This document shows, piece by piece, positions 1-6,195 of a stretch of 32,000 bases of DNA (the first letter of the stretch is position 1; every line of letters begins with the position of its first letter). The stretch is from Candidatus Heimdallarchaeota archaeon. Lineage in GTDB: Archaea > Asgardarchaeota > Heimdallarchaeia > Heimdallarchaeales > Heimdallarchaeaceae. Under the pieces are notes generated by a model. That model had not been told where the DNA came from, did not search any database, and worked only from the letters and a program-made list of their open reading frames with translations. The DNA lies in assembly GCA_030668875.1 (NCBI GenBank), contig DAOVER010000014.1, positions 1-32,000 of the forward strand, read 5' to 3'. The position numbers and the translations under genes were made by a program.

Positions 1-1450
1 GGTGATTGAAACCTGGGTTCAACCAGGCTAAGACCCAGTAAACGCCGGAGCTAACTATGAGCTTCTTAAGGTAGGCAAATGCCTTGTCTGCTAATTACAG
101 ACGTCCATGAAGGGACCAACGAGGTGCCCACTGTCTCCACCTAAAGCCTACTGAACCCACAGTCCAGCGAACAGTCTGGAACGCACCATCGGGAAGAGAA
201 GACCCTGTGGAGCTTTACTGCTGTCAGGGGCTGTTGTATTGGTGTGCATACATAGCATAGTCAGGAAACGTTATATCCTACATTCTCCGGGATGTAGGGG
301 AGTTGATCTTGAAATACTGACTTTGTGCATTGGTACGACTTACCTCTCGCGAGGGGGACACCCCCTGCCTGGCAGTTTCACTGGGGCGGTAGCCTCTTGA
401 AAAGATATCAAGAGGGCCCAAAGCCAAGCTCAACCGGGACAGAAATCCGGTGTAGAGTGCAAGGGCAAAAGCTTGGTTGACTGTGAACTCACCAACACGG
501 TTCGCAGATGTTAACGCAGGGCCTAGCGATCCTTCGCAATGCCCTTAGTAGGCGGCGGAGGTGGCAGAAAAGTTACCCCAGGGGTAACTGCATTTCTTTA
601 TTACTTACGTATTAGAGTTGTGCTCTCATCTGGGTAACATTTATCTGTTGCACATTTTTTCAATTGGCAGAGCTAAAATAAATTATTAGAAAATTGCTCC
701 TGTCTTCAATTTCCGGTGAGGAAATTAAATAGGTTTTCGCCAAATTGGCATAATAAAATCTTGAACAGAATGGGTCCATTATCTGTCTGATATCCCAACA
801 AATTGATAAGGAATTCCCGAAAAAGATTAACAACACAACAGATGAAGAGCTACAACAATAAGCGTGAGTGACGATAGGTGACAGGATTTGTAACTACCCT
901 TTACCGGGTTGACAATTGATCCTCGAACCAATGTGCTATGTATTTTGCATAAGTGCAGCCCTGAACGGAGTTGTCGTGGGTAAGAGTTCACATCGACCTC
1001 ACGGCTTGCTACCTCGATGTCGGCTCTTCCTAGCTTGGTCCTGATTCAGGGGCCAAGAGTGGGGTTGTTCGCCCATTAAAAGGGAACGTGAGCTGGGTTT
1101 AGACCGTTGTGAGACAGGTTGGATTCTATCTGATGGTGCTGGCGGGCGATTGAGAGTAAAGTCTCCACAGTACGAGAGGAACAGGCGGCTGGGGCCGCTG
1201 GTGTATCGGTTGTTCTAAAGAGCATTGCCGAGTAGCTAAGCCCTTGTAGATAAGAGCGGAATGCATCTACGCTCGAAGCTACTCTCGAAACGAGTCGTCC
1301 ACTCTGCAACACTATAGAGGGACTGGTGACAGTAACTTTCGTTGTAGACGAGAACGCGGAAAGAAGATCCGTTTGATAGAGCAGGGGTGTACGCGTCGAG
1401 CTTAGGCGAGATGTTTAGCCCACTGCCACTAACTGTTCAAGCGTAGTTAG
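1..1450 (+). rRNA. rrl: 23S rRNA, 3' part (domains IV-VI), interrupted by an intron at 587-964; 5' part lies outside the window and the 3' end is approximate
   Basis: Conserved LSU motifs: GTAAACGCCGG...CTTAAGGTAG (H69 region), GAAGACCCTGTGGAGCTTTACT, CTGGGGCGG (P-loop), ACCTCGATGTCGGCTC, GAGCTGGGTTTAGACCGT and the sarcin-ricin loop AGTACGAGAGGAAC (~1169-1182). GC content is much higher than in the flanks. Confidence 0.98.
587..964 (+). other. Archaeal BHB-type intron in 23S rRNA (378 nt), between E. coli-equivalent A2450 and A2451
   Basis: An AT-rich insert splits the conserved GGGGTAAC-GGAGTTGTCG motif. The ends fold as inner stem 588-595/951-958 (CUGCAUUU/AAGUGCAG), bulge UAA 585-587, central helix GGGG 581-584/CCCU 959-962 and bulge GAA 963-965. 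Cutting after the second nt of each bulge restores GGGGUA|ACGGAG. The flanking AAC is duplicated, so the junction can slide by a few nt without changing the spliced product. Confidence 0.85.
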
Positions 1451-1614
1451 GCCAAATAGGAATCGGTTCGTCAGATTCTTGGAGAGTTCTTGTCAGCTGA
1501 TTTTAGTTTACATGAAATTTTTTCTTGACAAAAAAATCAGAGATGTGAAAAACATTTTAGTTTACTATTTTTCAACTTAGTAAATCAGCTTTAGAATCAC
1601 TTAGAAAATATTTG

Positions 1615-3216
1615 TCACATTTTTGCTTTTAGTGCATCTTTCTGTTGTAAGTTCATATAGTTTAATAGAGTATTTTCCAATCTAGAGAACCCATAATTTC
1701 TACACTTCTTTATCGCCATATACTGTAAAGCTGGCCCAAGGGGGTCTCCATTCTTATATGCCCCTACCTGAATGAAAGCTTCCATGAAGATACGCATTTC
1801 CAGAACTTCTATTCTATGGAGTCTGTTATTGTATTTCTTTAACAGAGGAGAAATTTTAGTATAGTGCTTGAGTGAAAACAATTGTTGGGCAATAAGGAGA
1901 TCTGCATAAGCATGTTCTATGAATGTAGTTTTACTTGTTGTTATGCGCTTTTCTAAAGTAGCAATACAACTCAGTGCTATCTGTTCCTGATTAATCCATG
2001 TTAACTTTCGTTTTCCAAGCATAAACTCTATTAGATGCTTAACACGATTAATGCTGAAATTATTGATTTCTAATAACTTTTGAAGTTTATCAGAATCGAG
2101 GTCAGAATTAAGGATGAATTCACTCAAAGACATGAAATCACTGTATTGACTTTTACAATTCTCAAAAATCTCATCGATCAGCTCTTGATGCTCCTGAGGA
2201 TCATAATTTCCTAAACGTGAAATATTGTAGAAATTTACAAGATTGAGATTATGAATAATTTGTTTCTCTGTATTCTTATCTAAATGTTTTTTCATAAAAT
2301 CTGATTGGAGAAGAATGTATGCTTCTTTAATTAAAACACAAGCCTGTTCTGTTTTGCCCTGCAATCCTTTAACAATCGCAAAATAAGAGTGAAGAACAAG
2401 AAAATTGCTGAAGTAGATACTGTTATTGTAAATTGGTTTAAGGATATTATAAGCCTCATTGAAATAAGATTCAGCCATTATTAAATTAGCGTTTAGAATA
2501 TAAATCCAACCTGTGAAATAGTAAATTATACCTCTTATATCAAGTGGTAAGTTTTCAAAGAGATATCTATTAGCGAGAATTTGATTGCTCAGGTTTAATG
2601 CTTTCATGTTTTCATGCATTCTGGAATAGATTATCCCTAAAAGTCCAATAGTTTGAGCTAAACTCCTATAGAACCCTCCCTTGAAGAAATAATGCGCACA
2701 ATCTTCTAGAATTTTTACACTTTCAGAATCATGTTCTTCTAACCATTTTTCAATTGCATATGAATAATGTACAAAATGAACAATATACGGGTCTTCTTTT
2801 TTTGACTTATCAATAAGTAAGAAGGCCTTTTCTATGAAAGATTTTCCTTTAACTTTATTTACCTTTATCTTTTCTATAAACCACCAGTATGAATAAGTTA
2901 ATGCTAATCCTTCTTGATTGGAATTTTCTTTAGAAAGATTTTCCATATCATTTGCTATTTTGATGATTTTTTCCAAATTCTCTCTACGATTTTCCAGTAA
3001 CAATATTTTGAGTCCGTACAGATTTACAATTGATTTATAATCATAGAAATTCTTGGCTTTTTCTATTGTTTTCTCAATTAGTTGGATTAAATTTACATTT
3101 GATTTATTATTTAATGTAAAAACCCGAAGTTGTTCTACAATTTGTTTAAATCTATCCAACGTCATATTTTCTTGGATTTGTTGTTCAAAATAATCCTCAT
3201 TCACTCTATAACTCAT
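1615..3216 (-). CDS. TPR-like alpha-helical repeat protein B (533 aa), paralog of 4066-5652
   Basis: Long ORF with TPR-like helix pairs (SLAQTIGLLGIIYSRMHENMKALNLSNQIL; AESYFNEAYNIL). No catalytic or HTH motif recognised. Clear homology to the neighbouring 528 aa ORF. Confidence 0.75.
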   Translation of the reverse strand: MSYRVNEDYFEQQIQENMTLDRFKQIVEQLRVFTLNNKSNVNLIQLIEKTIEKAKNFYDYKSIVNLYGLKILLLENRRENLEKIIKIANDMENLSKENSNQEGLALTYSYWWFIEKIKVNKVKGKSFIEKAFLLIDKSKKEDPYIVHFVHYSYAIEKWLEEHDSESVKILEDCAHYFFKGGFYRSLAQTIGLLGIIYSRMHENMKALNLSNQILANRYLFENLPLDIRGIIYYFTGWIYILNANLIMAESYFNEAYNILKPIYNNSIYFSNFLVLHSYFAIVKGLQGKTEQACVLIKEAYILLQSDFMKKHLDKNTEKQIIHNLNLVNFYNISRLGNYDPQEHQELIDEIFENCKSQYSDFMSLSEFILNSDLDSDKLQKLLEINNFSINRVKHLIEFMLGKRKLTWINQEQIALSCIATLEKRITTSKTTFIEHAYADLLIAQQLFSLKHYTKISPLLKKYNNRLHRIEVLEMRIFMEAFIQVGAYKNGDPLGPALQYMAIKKCRNYGFSRLENTLLNYMNLQQKDALKAKM

Positions 3217-3231
3217 TACTTTCGAACTATT

Positions 3232-3253
3232 ATCCGCAAATTGATTTATAAAG
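3232..3253 (-). promoter_or_regulatory. Putative TATA-containing promoter element of TPR protein B
   Basis: Minus-strand CTTTATAAATCAATTTGCGGAT, with the TATA box about 29 nt upstream of the ATG. 20/22 identical to the element upstream of the paralog (5673-5694). Confidence 0.6.
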
Positions 3254-3332
3254 GTGGATAATTATCCTCAACGAATAGTTGTGAAAAAATGAAATAAATA
3301 AAGAAACATTTGAAAAATGAAGAAATTTGAAA

Positions 3333-3394
3333 TGGAGACCATAATAATGGTAATTATATTCATTTCCATCTTCTAGATTGTATGCTTTTTTCAA
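3333..3394 (-). pseudogene. Decayed sixth copy of the microprotein (psi-pep6)
   Basis: Reads (TTG)KKAYNLEDGNE-[5 nt instead of 6]-LPLLWSP. This is the same register as KYDPEDGDE-xx-LPPLWRP with a 1-nt deletion, no ATG and no upstream conserved block. Confidence 0.65.
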
Positions 3395-3409
3395 TAAGTC
3401 TCTCTTTTC

Positions 3410-3478
3410 TTACGGATGCCACAAAGGAGGGGTTATTGCATCGTCTCCATCTTCCGGATCATATTTGTTTTTCATCAT
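3410..3478 (-). CDS. Microprotein pep5, 22 aa: MMKNKYDPEDGDDAITPPLWHP
   Basis: Translated by hand. ATG-ATG start, SD-like GAGTGA upstream, TAA stop; member of the five-copy family. Confidence 0.85.
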   Translation of the reverse strand: MMKNKYDPEDGDDAITPPLWHP

Positions 3479-3603
3479 TTTTTCATCACTCTTTTATGTT
3501 ATACTTAGAAGAGACAAAAGATACTAAAAGACAACAAGAAAGAAACTGACAATAAAACAGTTTTACTAGTAGCTATATACAACAAAACAAGAGTTTGAAA
3601 AAG
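3479..3603 (-). repeat. Conserved non-coding upstream block of pep5 (copy 1 of 4)
   Basis: Shares CATCACTC, ATACTT, AAAAGACA, AAACTGACAA (3543-3552) and ACTAGT (3565-3570) on the + strand with the other three copies. Confidence 0.85.
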
Positions 3604-3620
3604 AAAAATGGGAAATGAGA

Positions 3621-3692
3621 TTAATTAGGTGTCCACGCAGGGGGTAAAATGTCTTCGTCTCCTTCACCAGGATCATATTTTTGTTTCATCAT
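3621..3692 (-). CDS. Microprotein pep4, 23 aa: MMKQKYDPGEGDEDILPPAWTPN
   Basis: Translated by hand. Differs from pep1 by 8 synonymous and 1 non-synonymous substitution; SD-like GAGTGA upstream. Confidence 0.88.
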   Translation of the reverse strand: MMKQKYDPGEGDEDILPPAWTPN

Positions 3693-3803
3693 TGTTCATC
3701 ACTCGTTAAGTCATACTTAGAAATGTAAAAACCTACAAAAAGACAACAAGAAAAAAACTGACAATCAACAGTTCTTACTAGTCATATTATCAACAAAATA
3801 AGC
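3693..3803 (-). repeat. Conserved non-coding upstream block of pep4 (copy 2 of 4)
   Basis: AAACTGACAA at 3755-3764 and ACTAGT at 3777-3782, with the same motif order as the other copies. Confidence 0.85.
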
Positions 3804-3819
3804 CTTTTATAAAAAATCT

Positions 3820-3885
3820 CTATGGTCTCCATAAGGGTGGTAATATGCTTTCGTCTCCATCTTCAGGGTCGTATTTTGTCGTCAT
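3820..3885 (-). CDS. Microprotein pep3, 21 aa: MTTKYDPEDGDESILPPLWRP
   Basis: Translated by hand. ATG start behind GAGTGA, TAG stop; family motif intact. Confidence 0.85.
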   Translation of the reverse strand: MTTKYDPEDGDESILPPLWRP

Positions 3886-3997
3886 TTTTGCATCACTCGA
3901 TTTAGTTATACTTGAAATAGCAAAACCATACTAAAAGACATCAAGAAAGAAACTGACAATAAGGTTGTTTTACTAGTAAACATATCAATAAAACAGG
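3886..3997 (-). repeat. Conserved non-coding upstream block of pep3 (copy 3 of 4)
   Basis: AAACTGACAA at 3950-3959; ACTAGT at 3972-3977 within the palindrome TTTACTAGTAAA. Confidence 0.85.
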
Positions 3998-4065
3998 CAT
4001 TTTCAATAAGCAGGAGAAATTTAGTAACAAATAATAAACTTCCCAAAGAACCCTCAATTTATTCT

Positions 4066-5652
4066 CTAGATTTTTCTTGTTATTTCCTTCCGTTGCAATT
4101 GTAAGTAATCTAGTAATTTATTTTCCAATCGGGAGAAACCATAATCTCTACATTTTTTTATTGCCATATACTGTAAAGCTGGTCCTAGTGGATCTCCGTT
4201 CTTATATGCGCCTACTTGGATAAAAGCTTCCATGAAAATCCGCATCTCTAGAACCTCAATTCGCTTGAGTCTACTCTCATATTGTTTAAGAAGAGGAGAA
4301 ATTTCCGCGTACCGCTTAAGAGAGAACAGTTGCTGAGCAATAAGGAGATTCGCATTGGCATGTTCTATGAATGTAGTCTTGCTTGTTATTACGCGCTTTT
4401 CTAAAATAGTAATACAGTTCAGAGATTTCTGCTCCTGACTAATTTCCGCTTCTAACTTTTGCTTTTCTAGCATGAATTCAATTAGATGTTTTACTCGATT
4501 AATGCTGAAATTATCTATAGTTAATAACTGTTGAAGTTTATCAAAATCAAAATTGGAGTTAAGGATGAACTCGCTGAAGGTCATAAAATCACTATAATGA
4601 ACCTTACAACCTTCATAGATTTCCTCCATTAATTCCTGATTTTCTTGAGGATTATAGTTGCTTAAACGTGATATATTATAGAATTTTGTTAAATTGTAAG
4701 TATGAGTAATTTGCTTTTTTGTGTTTTCATCCAAGTTTTCCTTGATAAATTCTGTTTGGAGAAGTTTCCCCGCTTCTTTGCACATATCTGCAGCTTGCTT
4801 GGTTTTTCCTTGTAAACCTTTAACAGTAGCAAGATAAGAGTGTAAGACAAGAAAATTGCTGAAGTAAATACTGCTTTTGTAAATCGGTTTTAGGATATTG
4901 TAAGCTTCATTGAAATACGATTCAGCCATTACTAAATCAGCAACTAACATATGACCTAAACCTGTAAAATAATACATTATCCCTTTAACATCAAGAGGTA
5001 AATTCTCAAAGAGAGCTCTGTTAGCAAGAATTTTATTACCCATATCTAATGCTCTCTTACCTTGCTGTCTTCTTGAGTAGATGACACTTAGAAAACTGAA
5101 AGTTTGAGCTAGGCTTCTATAAAACCCCTCTTTATAAAAAAATTTACTACAGTCTTCAAAATCATTTGCTGTTTCAAAATTATGATTCAATACCCAATCT
5201 TCAAAGGCAAGTGAATATTTACAAATATAATAAACATAATTATCCTTTTGTTCATTTTTTGATAAAAGTAATTTTACTTTTCTTAGAGAATTAGTACTTT
5301 CTTTAATTCTCCCTTCTAACTTTAGAATACCCCATTCAATTGAATATGCCAATATTAAACCATCAATATAATTGATTTCTTTTGATATTCTAAACATTTC
5401 AGACAGAAGAAAATTAATTCTCTTTATTGAGCTTCTTTTATGAAATAATTGCTTTATTTCAAGCTCATACAGATTAACAATGGATTTTTTATGATTTAAC
5501 TTTTTACTCCATTTAATTGCTCTTCTTATTATTTCTAAAACAATTTCGGATTTTTCGTTTGCTGAAACTAAACGTAAATTCTTAATTATTCCTGGCAGTT
5601 CTTCATGATTTCTAATATTTTTAATCTGTTTTATTAATCTCTCCTTCTGCAT
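4066..5652 (-). CDS. TPR-like alpha-helical repeat protein A (528 aa), paralog of 1615-3216
   Basis: Long ORF sharing GFYRSLAQT, LFENLPLD, MAESYFNEAYNILKPIY and MRIFMEAFIQVGAYKNGDPLGPALQYMAIKKCR with the paralog; TPR-like helix pattern. Confidence 0.75.
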   Translation of the reverse strand: MQKERLIKQIKNIRNHEELPGIIKNLRLVSANEKSEIVLEIIRRAIKWSKKLNHKKSIVNLYELEIKQLFHKRSSIKRINFLLSEMFRISKEINYIDGLILAYSIEWGILKLEGRIKESTNSLRKVKLLLSKNEQKDNYVYYICKYSLAFEDWVLNHNFETANDFEDCSKFFYKEGFYRSLAQTFSFLSVIYSRRQQGKRALDMGNKILANRALFENLPLDVKGIMYYFTGLGHMLVADLVMAESYFNEAYNILKPIYKSSIYFSNFLVLHSYLATVKGLQGKTKQAADMCKEAGKLLQTEFIKENLDENTKKQITHTYNLTKFYNISRLSNYNPQENQELMEEIYEGCKVHYSDFMTFSEFILNSNFDFDKLQQLLTIDNFSINRVKHLIEFMLEKQKLEAEISQEQKSLNCITILEKRVITSKTTFIEHANANLLIAQQLFSLKRYAEISPLLKQYESRLKRIEVLEMRIFMEAFIQVGAYKNGDPLGPALQYMAIKKCRDYGFSRLENKLLDYLQLQRKEITRKI

Positions 5653-5672
5653 TCACACCTACTCGGAATCTA

Positions 5673-5694
5673 ATCCGTAAATTGATATATAAAG
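5673..5694 (-). promoter_or_regulatory. Putative TATA-containing promoter element of TPR protein A
   Basis: Minus-strand CTTTATATATCAATTTACGGAT, with the TATA box about 33 nt upstream of the ATG; near-identical to 3232-3253. Confidence 0.6.
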
Positions 5695-5720
5695 AAGAAG
5701 AAAAACAAAATAAAAAGTGG

Positions 5721-5792
5721 TTAATTGGGAAACCACAATGGAGGAGTAAAGGATTCGTCACCGTCTTCAGGATCATATCTTTGTTTCATCAT
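5721..5792 (-). CDS. Microprotein pep2, 23 aa: MMKQRYDPEDGDESFTPPLWFPN
   Basis: Translated by hand. GAGTGA upstream, TAA stop; family motif intact. Confidence 0.85.
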   Translation of the reverse strand: MMKQRYDPEDGDESFTPPLWFPN

Positions 5793-5916
5793 TTTTGCAT
5801 CACTCAATTTAGTCATACTTAGAAGAGCAAAAACATACTAAAAGACAACAAGAAAGAAACTGACAAAGAAATAGTTTTGCTAGTAGAAATATCAACAAAA
5901 TAAGAGTTTGAAAAAG
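5793..5916 (-). repeat. Conserved non-coding upstream block of pep2 (copy 4 of 4)
   Basis: AAACTGACAA at 5857-5866 and GCTAGT at 5879-5884. Closest to the pep5 block (shared AAGAGTTTGAAAAAG). Confidence 0.85.
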
Positions 5917-5934
5917 ATAAAAGGAAAAAGGACA

Positions 5935-6006
5935 TTAGTTAGGTGTCCACGCTGGTGGCAAAATATCCTCATCTCCTTCTCCAGAATCATATTTTTGTTT
6001 CATCAT
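5935..6006 (-). CDS. Microprotein pep1, 23 aa: MMKQKYDSGEGDEDILPPAWTPN
   Basis: Translated by hand. Near-identical protein to pep4 with mostly third-position changes. First gene of the locus; it has a different, AT-rich upstream region. Confidence 0.88.
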   Translation of the reverse strand: MMKQKYDSGEGDEDILPPAWTPN

Positions 6007-6195
6007 TGTTCATCACTTGTTTATGTTATTATAAAAATAAATTTTAACTTTTAAAACCCATAAAAAAAGAAATGCCAGTTTCTAACCTATGTCTTCCATT
6101 TTTCATAGAAGTAACAATTTTGCTGTGCTTTTATAGTTCGAAGTAGTACAACTTTTGAATAAATTCAGTCTTCTATCCCCCTAAGAGGAGAGTTC

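Noticed and set aside
664-861. Protein-like frame inside the intron as a homing endonuclease remnant
   Set aside because: Four internal stops in 66 codons is about what random AT-rich DNA gives, and no LAGLIDADG, HNH or GIY-YIG motif is visible.
586-963. Group I intron at the L2449-equivalent site (5' exon ends in U, insert ends in G)
   Set aside because: No internal guide sequence able to pair with GGGGU near the 5' end and no recognisable P7/R/S core (no AAGAUAUAGUC-like motif). The BHB fold explains both ends better. An Infernal search would settle it.
1076-1312. 78 aa minus-strand ORF
   Set aside because: Antisense to 23S rRNA; spurious.
1495-1590. 9-bp inverted repeat AGCTGATTT...AAATCAGCT as a possible MITE
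   Set aside because: Too short, no target-site duplication and no second copy in the window.
1450-1614. 5S rRNA downstream of 23S
   Set aside because: AT-rich sequence with no 5S motifs; an unlinked 5S gene is common in archaea.
3505-3620. Hydrophobic ORF or signal peptide encoded in the conserved block
   Set aside because: No start codon, an in-frame TGA in the pep4-block copy, and in-frame stops upstream of the peptides. U-rich DNA gives hydrophobic codons by default.
3410-4010. CRISPR array
   Set aside because: The period is about 200 bp, units are degenerate, the variable part is a conserved coding sequence and there are no cas genes.
3410-6006. Peptides as graspetide/microviridin-like RiPP precursors (KYDPEDGDE loosely resembles TxKYPSD)
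   Set aside because: No leader peptide, no conserved Thr/Ser, and no ATP-grasp, radical SAM or other modifying enzyme in the locus. A trans-encoded enzyme cannot be excluded.
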